DNA of 64,000 nucleotides from a virus: the IMG/VR virus record IMGVR_UViG_3300028197_001024, positions 1 to 64,000 of that record. One strand, written 5' to 3'. A program made the position numbers and the translations under genes. The notes beneath the pieces were generated by a model. It had not been told where the DNA came from, did not search any database, and saw nothing but the letters and a program-made list of their open reading frames with translations. Shown here in pieces: positions 7,992 to 16,959 of the stretch (position 1 is its first letter; every line of letters starts with the position of its first letter).

Positions 7992-9767
7992 ATGACAGCA
8001 GATCAAATAGAAAAAGAATTAGGTTGGGAACGTGGTGTTGATTATCCAGAATGGGGGCATACCGATGTTTATTTAAATACAATATCAAGGGGATATTGTT
8101 TACCAGGAGAAACTCCAAAGGATGCTTATTGGAGAGTTGCAACAACCGTAGCAAACAGACTTAAGAAACCAGAAATGGCAGATAAGTTTATGAAGTACAT
8201 TTGGAAAGGTTGGTTAAATTTAGCATCACCTGTATTAAGCAATACTGGAACCGAAAGGGGTTTACCTATAAGTTGTTTTGGTATAGATGTAGCAGATTCA
8301 ATAAATGACATAGGGCAAAAGAACCTAGAGTTAATGTTATTGGCTAAGCACGGCGGCGGCGTCGGTATAGGACATAATCAAATTAGACCTGCCGGTACAG
8401 ATATAACTGATAATGGAACAAGTGATGGTGTAGTACCTTTTATTAAAATTAATGATTCTACTATTCTTGCTACTAATCAAGGCGCAGTAAGAAGAGGTGC
8501 TGCAAGTACTAACTTAAGTATTGATCATGGTGATTTTTGGGAATGGTTAGAAATTAGAGAACCTAAAGGCGATATTAATAGACAATGTTTAAATACAAAC
8601 CAATGTGTGGTTATTGGTGATAAGTTTATGAGAAATGTTTTAGAAGGAGATTCAGAATCTAGAAAAAGGTTTGCAGCAGTACAAAGAAAACGTAGACAAA
8701 CTGGGCAGCCTTATATAATGTATAGAGGAAATGTTAATAAGCAAAATCCTGAAGCATATAAGAGAAACGGTTTAAAAGTTTTTATGACAAACATTTGTTC
8801 TGAGATTGTTTTACATACAGATGAAAATCATTCTTTTGTTTGTTGCTTAAGTTCTCTTAATCTTTCTAAGTATGATGAATGGAAAAATACAAATCTTATT
8901 TATGATGCTACATGGTTTTTAGATGGTGTACTTGAAGAATTTATCCAAAAGGCTAAATATAGAAAAGGCTTTGAAAATTCTGTAAGAACTGCAGAAAAAG
9001 GTAGGGCATTAGGTTTAGGTGTTTTAGGATGGCATACTTATTTACAACAAAGAGGTATCGCATTTGAAGGGTTAGAAGCTCAATATGAAACTCGTAATAT
9101 ATTTTCTCAAATAAAAATAGAAAGTGAAAAGGCAAGCCGAGATCTTGCCGAAGAATACGGAGAACCTCTATGGTGTAGAGATACTGGTTTTAGAAATACT
9201 CACTTAAGAGCAGTCGCACCAACGGTTTCTAATTCAAAATTGGCAGGTGGAATATCTGCAGGAATTGAACCTGTGCCTGCAAATATATGGACTGATCAAT
9301 CTGCTAAAGGAACTTTCATTAGAAAGAATAAACAGTTAGAAGGTTACCTTGATAAAATTGGCCATGATAATAAAAAAGTATGGGATAAAATTATGGCTGA
9401 TGGCGGATCTGTACAAGGTCTTAAATTTTTAGATGATTGGTGTTTCTTAAAGGGGATATTAATGAAATGTAAAGATGTGCCACAATATCAAGAAGGTGTT
9501 CCGTTTAAAGAAGTGTTTAAAACTTTTAAAGAAATTAATCAATTAGAATTAGTAAAACAAGCAGGTGTTAGACAACAATATGTAGACCAGGCAGTATCTT
9601 TAAATCTTGCATTTCCAAAAGAAGCTACTCCAAAATGGATTAACCAAGTTCATTTAGAAGCATGGAAGCAAGGTATTAAAACTTTATACTATATGAGAAC
9701 TGAATCTGTGTTAAGAGGTGATATTGCACAAAAGGCAATGGAAGACTGTGTTAGTTGTGATGGTTAA
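7992..9767 (+). CDS. nrdA: Ribonucleotide reductase class Ia alpha subunit (compact, no ATP cone evident)
   Basis: ISCF, TNICSEI, APTVSNS, KTLYY and a C-terminal CxxC. Confidence 0.97.
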   Translation: MTADQIEKELGWERGVDYPEWGHTDVYLNTISRGYCLPGETPKDAYWRVATTVANRLKKPEMADKFMKYIWKGWLNLASPVLSNTGTERGLPISCFGIDVADSINDIGQKNLELMLLAKHGGGVGIGHNQIRPAGTDITDNGTSDGVVPFIKINDSTILATNQGAVRRGAASTNLSIDHGDFWEWLEIREPKGDINRQCLNTNQCVVIGDKFMRNVLEGDSESRKRFAAVQRKRRQTGQPYIMYRGNVNKQNPEAYKRNGLKVFMTNICSEIVLHTDENHSFVCCLSSLNLSKYDEWKNTNLIYDATWFLDGVLEEFIQKAKYRKGFENSVRTAEKGRALGLGVLGWHTYLQQRGIAFEGLEAQYETRNIFSQIKIESEKASRDLAEEYGEPLWCRDTGFRNTHLRAVAPTVSNSKLAGGISAGIEPVPANIWTDQSAKGTFIRKNKQLEGYLDKIGHDNKKVWDKIMADGGSVQGLKFLDDWCFLKGILMKCKDVPQYQEGVPFKEVFKTFKEINQLELVKQAGVRQQYVDQAVSLNLAFPKEATPKWINQVHLEAWKQGIKTLYYMRTESVLRGDIAQKAMEDCVSCDG

Positions 9768-9776
9768 AAATAAATT

Positions 9777-10523
9777 ATGAAAGATTATACTTATATACTC
9801 GGTCCTTGTAGTATTGAAAACGAGGATACTTTTTTAGAAGTGGCCAAAACATTAGATGGCTATATGGGAGATAAAGATTGGTACTTAAAAGGATCTTTTG
9901 ATAAGGCGAATAGAACTTCTATACATTCTGATAGAGGCCCTGGTTTAGAAGAAGGAATGGAGATTATGAGAACTGTTAAGCATCATTACCCTAACATTAG
10001 AATTGTAACAGATATTCATGAACCTAATCAAGCATTACCTTTATCCGAAGTAGTTGATGTTATCCAAATACCTGCATTCTTATGTCGCCAAACTGACCTT
10101 TTAGTAGAGTGTGCAAAAAACTTTAATGTCATTAATATCAAAAAAGGTCAATGGTTATCTGCTGAGGCAATGGAACATGCAGTTACAAAGATAAAAGAAG
10201 TAGATCCTAATTGTGAAGTATGGGTAACTGAAAGAGGATCTAATTTTGGTTATGACAGACTTATTGTAGATTTTAGAGGAGTGGATGTAATGAAAAAATT
10301 TGCAGATAAAGTTATTTTAGATTGTACTCATTCAACTCAAATGGCTGGAGAAGGTATAACTGGAGGAAGTCGTAAGTTAGCAAAGCAATACGCGTTAGCT
10401 GCAAAGATTTTTGAGTATGATGGTTCATTTATTGAAACCCACCCAGATCCAGATAATGCAATATCTGACTCTGGTAGTCAAGTAGAATTAGATTGGTTAG
10501 TGACTCAAATAAATAATATATGA
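9777..10523 (+). CDS. kdsA: KDO-8-phosphate synthase
   Basis: GPCSIE, SFDKANRTS, QIPAFLCRQTDL, KKGQ, ERG, DCTHS, ETHPDP. Confidence 0.92.
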   Translation: MKDYTYILGPCSIENEDTFLEVAKTLDGYMGDKDWYLKGSFDKANRTSIHSDRGPGLEEGMEIMRTVKHHYPNIRIVTDIHEPNQALPLSEVVDVIQIPAFLCRQTDLLVECAKNFNVINIKKGQWLSAEAMEHAVTKIKEVDPNCEVWVTERGSNFGYDRLIVDFRGVDVMKKFADKVILDCTHSTQMAGEGITGGSRKLAKQYALAAKIFEYDGSFIETHPDPDNAISDSGSQVELDWLVTQINNI

Positions 10524-11569
10524 ATCTAGACTATACTAAGTTACTTAATCGTAATCCTATTTCTACCGATCTTGATAAAATCCAAGAATACATAAAAGGA
10601 AAAAGAATACTTGTTACAGGTGGTGCTGGCTCAATAGGTAGTGAAATTGTACATCAACTTGTAAAATTTGGTGCTTCTACTGTTACTGTTTATGATAATG
10701 CCGAGGCTTCTGTTTTTCATTTAGAACAAGAGATAAGCAAATTATATCCTAAGTCTCATATTAAATATGTAATAGGTGATGTAAGAGATAAGTATAGATT
10801 AGAAGAAGTTTTTGATTCCTTTAAGCCTAGTATAGTTTTTCATGCAGCTGCTTATAAACATGTGCCAATGATGGAGGCTAATCCAGTTGAAGCAATAAAG
10901 ACTAATGTATTAGGTACTATGAATGTCTCAAATATCTCATATATGAATGAGGTAGAAAAATTTGTAATGGTATCAACTGATAAAGCAGTTAATCCAACAA
11001 ACATAATGGGTGCAACTAAAAGAATTGCAGAATTATATACTCAGTTTTTAGAAACAAAATCAGCAACTAAATTTATTGTTACAAGATTTGGTAATGTATT
11101 AGGATCTATAGGCTCTGTAATTCCAACATTTATAAAACAGATTGAAGGAGGAGGACCGGTTAGTGTTACTCATAGAGAAGTTATTAGATATTTTATGACT
11201 ATACCTGAAGCATGCCAATTAGTATTACAGGCAAGTGTACTAGGAGAAGGTGGTGAAATATTATTATTTGATATGGGAGAACCTGTAAGTATTACAGATT
11301 TAGCAAAAAATTTAATAAAACATTTTAATAGTGATGCTAAAATAGAATATGTAGGATTAAGACCAGGTGAAAAATTATATGAAGAACTGTTATGTGATGG
11401 TGAAAATATGGTACCTACCGATGATCATAATATTATGAAGTTAAACCACGAGGCTTATGATTTTAAAACTTTAATACCTAAAATAGAAAAGCTATCAAAA
11501 ATAAGATCAAATGATTTTTATAAAATACTCTTGTTAATGAAAAGTATTGTACCAGAATTTAAAAGATAA
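10520..11569 (+). CDS. UDP-GlcNAc 4,6-dehydratase (CapD/PglF-like catalytic domain)
   Basis: TGGAGSIGSE, HAAAYKHVP, STDKAV, MGATK, RFGNV, GLRPGEKLYEEL. Confidence 0.92.
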   Translation: MNLDYTKLLNRNPISTDLDKIQEYIKGKRILVTGGAGSIGSEIVHQLVKFGASTVTVYDNAEASVFHLEQEISKLYPKSHIKYVIGDVRDKYRLEEVFDSFKPSIVFHAAAYKHVPMMEANPVEAIKTNVLGTMNVSNISYMNEVEKFVMVSTDKAVNPTNIMGATKRIAELYTQFLETKSATKFIVTRFGNVLGSIGSVIPTFIKQIEGGGPVSVTHREVIRYFMTIPEACQLVLQASVLGEGGEILLFDMGEPVSITDLAKNLIKHFNSDAKIEYVGLRPGEKLYEELLCDGENMVPTDDHNIMKLNHEAYDFKTLIPKIEKLSKIRSNDFYKILLLMKSIVPEFKR

Positions 11570-11571
11570 AT

Positions 11572-12642
11572 ATGATAAAAGAATTATTAGTTAATACGTT
11601 ATCACCTGAAAATGGTACTTATTTTCATATAGAAAATTTAAATCAGTGGGCATCTAAAGTAGAACTTAATGGTAAATTAGAAACTATTGAAGTAAATGGT
11701 AAAATAGCTTCTTATGTTGCATACTATGTTAATGATGAGAGGTATTTTATTACAATGGTATGGACGGATCCTATCCATCGAGGAAAGGGTCTTTCAAAAA
11801 AGATAATTAAAAAATTAGTATCATCAACAGATCTTCCAATTGATTTAAGAGTTCATAAAGATAACCCTGCATATTGGTTATATAGGAATCTTAAATTTGA
11901 AGACGTTTCAGTCCATGGTGAAGAAATAGAATTAAGAAGAGTTAAAAAGATAGGAGTTATGCAACCTTATCTTTTTCCTTATGCCGGTTATTTTGGTTTA
12001 ATAAATTCATGCGATAAGATTTTGTTTTATGATGATGTTAATTTTATTATGAGAGGTTTTATTAATAGGCAAAAAATATTGGTAAATGGATCTTCTCATA
12101 CATTTAATATTTGTTTAAGTAAAGCAAGCCACAATAAATTTATTAACGAAATTGATCTTTTAAATGATAAAAGAAAAAATTTAAAGGTACTAAAGACAAT
12201 AGAATCTTCTTATAAAAAGGCTCCTTATTTTAATGATGTTTATCCTATAATTGAAAAGGTCATTAATAGCGATTATAAAAAGTTAGATGAATTGGTAATA
12301 TCTTCTATAGTAAGTGTATGTGATTATTTAGGAATGGATATAAATTGGGAAAGATCCTCGGTTGCAGAAGGTGATACTTGTGGAATGGAAAGAGGTAAGC
12401 GCCTTACTCAAATAGCAAAAAACCAAGGTTTTAATAATTACATAAATGTTGGCCCATCAGAACTTTACACAAAAGAACAATTTAAAAGAGATGGTATAAA
12501 TTTATTTTTTAATAAACATAATGTTAAAGAATATGATCAATTTGAAAAGCCATTTTTATCTCACTTATCATGTATAGATTTTCTCATGTTTAATTCAAAA
12601 AGAAAATGCAAAGAATTAATTTTAAGTTATAATGTAATATGA
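11572..12642 (+). CDS. GNAT-WbqC fusion protein
   Basis: N-terminal HRGKGLS acetyl-CoA motif, followed by WbqC signature MQPYLFPYAGYF...YDDV.F...INR...LS.ID.L. Confidence 0.8.
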   Translation: MIKELLVNTLSPENGTYFHIENLNQWASKVELNGKLETIEVNGKIASYVAYYVNDERYFITMVWTDPIHRGKGLSKKIIKKLVSSTDLPIDLRVHKDNPAYWLYRNLKFEDVSVHGEEIELRRVKKIGVMQPYLFPYAGYFGLINSCDKILFYDDVNFIMRGFINRQKILVNGSSHTFNICLSKASHNKFINEIDLLNDKRKNLKVLKTIESSYKKAPYFNDVYPIIEKVINSDYKKLDELVISSIVSVCDYLGMDINWERSSVAEGDTCGMERGKRLTQIAKNQGFNNYINVGPSELYTKEQFKRDGINLFFNKHNVKEYDQFEKPFLSHLSCIDFLMFNSKRKCKELILSYNVI

Positions 12643-13754
12643 AAAGAATTTACTTATCACCACCTCATATGTCAGGTAAAGAACTTGACTACATAAAAGA
12701 AGCCTTTGATCAAAATTGGATTGCACCGATAGGACCTCATCTTAATTTATTTGAAGAAAAGGTAAAAGAATATACTGGTGCTAAGCACGCAGTAGCTGTT
12801 ACTTCAGGTACTGCCGGTATTCATTTAGGATTAAATGTATTAGGAGTAGGAGAAGGTGACTATGTAATATGTTCTTCTTTAACATTTATAGGAACTGTAA
12901 ATCCAATATTATATTGTGGAGCTGAGCCTATTTTTATAGATTCGGAAGAAGGGTCATGGAATATGGATCCTCTTTTATTAGAAAAGGCAATACTTAATTC
13001 TTCTGCTATAGGTAAAAAACCTAAAGCTATTATACCTGTTCATATTTTTGGTATACCTTGTAATATGGACGCAATAAAAAAATTATCAAATGAATATGAC
13101 ATACCTATTCTTGAAGATGCAGCAGAAAGTCTGGGATCTAAATTTAATAATCAACATACTGGAACCTTTGGCACTATTGGGGTTTATTCTTTTAATGGAA
13201 ATAAATTATTATCTACCTCTGGTGGTGGAGTAATAATAACAGATAATAAAGAAAAGGCTAACAAGATGAGGTTCTTGTCTACACAGGCAAAAGATCCTAT
13301 GCCATATTATCATCACACTGAAATAGGATATAATTATAGAATGAGTAATGTACTTGCTGCTATTGGGGTTGGTCAAATGGAAGTAATAGAAGATAGAATC
13401 AAAAGGACTAGAGAAATGAATGAAACTTATAGAAAGGAATTAGGAAAATATTTTTATTCATTTCAAGAAGAGTTAGAAACAGATAGGTCTAACATGTGGT
13501 TAACATGTGCTATCTTAAATGCTGAAAATAAACCAGATGATTTAATTGCTCATTTAGAAAAAGATAACATTGAAGCAAGAAGAATTTGGAAGCCTATGCA
13601 TGAACAGCCAATTCTAACTAAGTATTTGAAATATATAAATGGAAATAGTTCTTTATTATTTTTACAAGGTATATGTTTACCATCTGGGTCTAATATGACT
13701 GATGTAGATTTAAAAAGAGTAATAAGGTCAATAAAAACATTTTTTAACAAATGA
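12639..13754 (+). CDS. DegT/DnrJ sugar aminotransferase (PglE-like)
   Basis: IYLSPPHM, SGTAGIHL, EDAAESLG, SFNGNK, GYNYRMSN. Confidence 0.93.
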   Translation: MKRIYLSPPHMSGKELDYIKEAFDQNWIAPIGPHLNLFEEKVKEYTGAKHAVAVTSGTAGIHLGLNVLGVGEGDYVICSSLTFIGTVNPILYCGAEPIFIDSEEGSWNMDPLLLEKAILNSSAIGKKPKAIIPVHIFGIPCNMDAIKKLSNEYDIPILEDAAESLGSKFNNQHTGTFGTIGVYSFNGNKLLSTSGGGVIITDNKEKANKMRFLSTQAKDPMPYYHHTEIGYNYRMSNVLAAIGVGQMEVIEDRIKRTREMNETYRKELGKYFYSFQEELETDRSNMWLTCAILNAENKPDDLIAHLEKDNIEARRIWKPMHEQPILTKYLKYINGNSSLLFLQGICLPSGSNMTDVDLKRVIRSIKTFFNK

Positions 13755-14647
13755 TAAATTTTGAAGATTTCAAATTATTAGAGTCTTATATAGGAGAAGA
13801 AAACTTTGAAATTTTACTAGAAAAAAATCTTACTAGTGAAATTAACAAAAAGATTAAATTTGGTGTTGTGATGGCAACTCATAAGATAGCAGATGGTAGC
13901 GCTCAGACAGGCAGACAGAAGTACATGGATACACCTGCTATATTAAAAGATTCTTTAGGTTCAATCAAAAACCAAAAGTATGATAATTATGTAGTTTATT
14001 TAATTGGGGATAAATATGACGGTGACGAAGAAATTAAGACTGTAATGGATAGCGTAATTCCTAAAGGTAAACTTAAATATCACAATCTATCTACACCCGG
14101 TGAAAGAAATAAAGGTTTTACTAAAAAACAATTTAGATATACTGCAGGCTGTGGTGCAGTAAATAAAGGTCTACAAATGGCAAAGAATGATGGTTGTGAT
14201 TATATTGTTAGACTTGATCATGATGATAAATGGACACCTAATCATTTAGAACTTTTAGCAAAAGCATACACACAGTACCCTGAATTAGCATATGTATTTA
14301 CTAGAAGCCGTAAAAAGGTAGATGCAACAAATAGTTCAAAAAAGTTTATGTACCAACCTAGAGATGAAAGACATACTAATTTAATAGAGCCTAATAATCT
14401 AGGATACACTCACGGTGATGTTAGTCATTCTGCAGTTTCATGGAGACCTTCTATGTGTGGAGATCTAAGGTATCGTGATGCTGATGCTCAATGTAATACC
14501 GAACCTAAAATATCTAAAGAAAAAACTAATCCTGCTGACGTTGATATGTTTAATAGAATGATGAAAGCTATAAAGGATAAAGGTCACAAATACATGTACA
14601 TACCAAAACTTACCAGTTTCTATAGAAACAGAAAAGGTAAATTCTAA
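13751..14647 (+). CDS. GT-A (GT2-like) glycosyltransferase
   Basis: AVNKGL...YIVRLDHDD.W.PNHLE. Confidence 0.8.
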   Translation: MINFEDFKLLESYIGEENFEILLEKNLTSEINKKIKFGVVMATHKIADGSAQTGRQKYMDTPAILKDSLGSIKNQKYDNYVVYLIGDKYDGDEEIKTVMDSVIPKGKLKYHNLSTPGERNKGFTKKQFRYTAGCGAVNKGLQMAKNDGCDYIVRLDHDDKWTPNHLELLAKAYTQYPELAYVFTRSRKKVDATNSSKKFMYQPRDERHTNLIEPNNLGYTHGDVSHSAVSWRPSMCGDLRYRDADAQCNTEPKISKEKTNPADVDMFNRMMKAIKDKGHKYMYIPKLTSFYRNRKGKF

Positions 14648-14648
14648 T

Positions 14649-14658
14649 GAATATATAA
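14649..14658 (+). promoter_or_regulatory. Putative late promoter (GAATATATAA class)
   Basis: The same motif precedes the portal, sheath, tube and other structural genes. Confidence 0.6.
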
Positions 14659-14681
14659 AAAAACAATAAAAATTAACTATT

Positions 14682-14858
14682 ATGGAAAAATTTGAAGAAA
14701 TTAAAGCACTTATCGAATCAGTAGGTGAAGACGTAGATAAGTTCTATGCTAAAGGTAACAAAGCAGCTGCTGTGAGAATTAGAAAATCAATGCAAGAAGT
14801 TAAGAATCTTGCACAAGAATTAAGATTACACGTCCAAGAGACTAAGAACAATATGTAA
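14682..14858 (+). CDS. 58-aa Hc1/'histone H1-like' protein, absent from the ORF track
   Basis: MEKFEEIKALIESVGEDVDKFYAKGNKAAAVRIRKSMQEVKNLAQELRLHVQETKNNM, carrying the KF..KGNKAA..R.R motif. It has its own promoter motif and terminator. Confidence 0.85.
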   Translation: MEKFEEIKALIESVGEDVDKFYAKGNKAAAVRIRKSMQEVKNLAQELRLHVQETKNNM

Positions 14859-14876
14859 CCTTACATAACCACCTTT

Positions 14877-14910
14877 AAAAGGGCTATCTTTAATTAGATA
14901 GTCCTTTTTT
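14877..14910 (+). terminator. Intrinsic terminator
   Basis: AAAAGGGCTATCT-ttaatt-AGATAGTCCTTTTTT. Confidence 0.85.
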
Positions 14911-14934
14911 AGTTTTTATTATCCTATTATACTT

Positions 14935-14968
14935 GAAACTTTTTTTAAAACTTCTATATAATAATAAA
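14935..14968 (+). promoter_or_regulatory. Putative middle promoter of the modification operon
   Basis: GAAAC-17 nt-TATAATAATAAA. Confidence 0.7.
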
Positions 14969-14981
14969 TCAGTTAATTTAT

Positions 14982-15533
14982 ATGGAAAGGTGCTTAATAT
15001 TAGATTTTGACGATACTTTAGTTTCAACTATAGATACTCATGCAAATTCTTGGAAACTTGCAATAGAAAGAGTTCTAAATAGAGATATTCCTATAGAAAC
15101 AATAATGTCAGATATTAATTATGGCATGGACGTTCTATTAAAGAAATATCAACTAACCGAAAAGGAATCTAAATTAGCACAAGATTATAAAAGAAAAATA
15201 TTTTCAAAGAATCTCCATAAAACCAAAATAAATCAATTACTTTTATGGGTAATTAAAAATTCTAAATTTGAAAAAGTTATTATAGCTTCTAATTCATCTA
15301 GAGAAAATGTAGATAGAATTATGGCTTACCATAATATAAGCCCTGATTTATTCGATCTTATTGTAACTAGAGATGATGTTAAAAATAAAAAGCCACACTC
15401 AGAAATGGCAGATTTAATTTTTTCAGTATTTCATGGTTATGAACCTAATGATTTTCTTATGGTTGGTGATTCAGAAGTAGATTCAACATTCGCACTTAAA
15501 AACAAAATGAAATGCATACTGGTAAAGTTTTAG
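14982..15533 (+). CDS. HAD-family phosphatase
   Basis: LDFDDTLV, IASNS, KKP, VGDSEVD. Confidence 0.9.
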   Translation: MERCLILDFDDTLVSTIDTHANSWKLAIERVLNRDIPIETIMSDINYGMDVLLKKYQLTEKESKLAQDYKRKIFSKNLHKTKINQLLLWVIKNSKFEKVIIASNSSRENVDRIMAYHNISPDLFDLIVTRDDVKNKKPHSEMADLIFSVFHGYEPNDFLMVGDSEVDSTFALKNKMKCILVKF

Positions 15534-16258
15534 TAGGAAATAGTGGAGATAGAGTATATCTTCAAGATGACAAAGTTATTAAAGAAGCAGGTGTTTATCC
15601 TATAAAGTTTAAACAACAAATGGATTGGTTAGCAAACTGTACCCATCCTAATTTTATAAAAATTAAACCTATTTCAGATACTTCATTTGAAATGAAAAAG
15701 TACCCTACATGGTATGACAAGATTTGTGAACAGCCTTTAATTAAATCAATTGATCAATTGGATGATCTTATTCATATTGCTAATGATTTTGATGGATATG
15801 GTGCTGATGTAGATACAAGATCATATTTAGATAAATTAGAAGGTAGAACCGGGTATAAGTATGAAGGTAATTTAGATGCGGCATCTTCATGGGGTTTTGT
15901 ACACGGAGACTTAACAGTAAGCAATATTCTTTATGATAAAGATTTTATATTTATAGATCCAAGAGGCACAGAAGAACAGAATTATTATGATTATGGAAAA
16001 CTGATGCAATCATTTGTAATGAAATATGAGGCCCATATATACAATGAAAGGAATTCTAAATATCTTAAGTTCTGTAGAGAAGCTGAAAATATAATGTATG
16101 AATGGTATGACGAATATCAATTAAAATTCTTTTTAGCAGTTCACCTATTAGGGGCCGTGCCTTTCTTTGAGCTAAATGAAAGATATGAATTGGCTGGTAT
16201 GTTCCTTAAAAAAGGTCATGAATTATTTGATGAATTAGAAATAAAATATAGTAAATGA
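15512..16258 (+). CDS. APH/choline-kinase-like small-molecule kinase
   Basis: GNSG, HGDLTVSNIL, FIDPRG, YDYGKL. Confidence 0.85.
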   Translation: MHTGKVLVGNSGDRVYLQDDKVIKEAGVYPIKFKQQMDWLANCTHPNFIKIKPISDTSFEMKKYPTWYDKICEQPLIKSIDQLDDLIHIANDFDGYGADVDTRSYLDKLEGRTGYKYEGNLDAASSWGFVHGDLTVSNILYDKDFIFIDPRGTEEQNYYDYGKLMQSFVMKYEAHIYNERNSKYLKFCREAENIMYEWYDEYQLKFFLAVHLLGAVPFFELNERYELAGMFLKKGHELFDELEIKYSK

Positions 16259-16959
16259 AAAGAGTAAGTAAAGCAATTATATTAGCAGCAGGTCGTTCAA
16301 CAAGATATGGCAAAAACAAATTAGTAGATCCTATCTTAGGTAAATCAACTGTTGAATATTGTATTGAATTTTGTATTGAGAATGGAATAGAAGATTGCTA
16401 TATTACAATCAGTAAAGCAGATTTCTTTTTTAAAGATAACGTAAAACTTTCTCATCCTATTATTGAAAAACTAAACAAATACAAAAAGGATATTAATATC
16501 TTTTATGAATTTCAAAAGGATGATGAATATGGACCAGGCGCCGCTATAAAGGTTTGGTCTGGTAAATTTAATGAAGCTTTCTTATGTTTATTTGGAGATA
16601 ATTACTACCAAGGAAATATAGGATTAGAATATCATGATCCAAACAGTACAGTTGTTACTTATAAAGATTATGAAACAAGAGCTAGGAATTTACAATTAGC
16701 ATCTATATTAGAAAATGTTGTTATTGAAAAACCGCATGGAATTGTTTCAGGAAGGTACTTCTGTGGTTATATGATATTTTCAAAAGAAGCATTTAATAAT
16801 CTTGACAGTATTAAAATGTCAAATAGAAATGAATATGAAATTACCCATTTGATTAACTCAATGGATAATTTAAAATTTGAAGAATTAGATATATGTTGGT
16901 ATGACTTAACATATGAAAATGATAAAGAAGTAATAGAAGAATTAATAAAAACATGTTAA
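16255..16959 (+). CDS. Sugar-1-phosphate nucleotidyltransferase (RmlA-like)
   Basis: AIILAAGRSTRY..K, FGDN, IEKP, SNRNEYEIT. Confidence 0.9.
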   Translation: MKRVSKAIILAAGRSTRYGKNKLVDPILGKSTVEYCIEFCIENGIEDCYITISKADFFFKDNVKLSHPIIEKLNKYKKDINIFYEFQKDDEYGPGAAIKVWSGKFNEAFLCLFGDNYYQGNIGLEYHDPNSTVVTYKDYETRARNLQLASILENVVIEKPHGIVSGRYFCGYMIFSKEAFNNLDSIKMSNRNEYEITHLINSMDNLKFEELDICWYDLTYENDKEVIEELIKTC

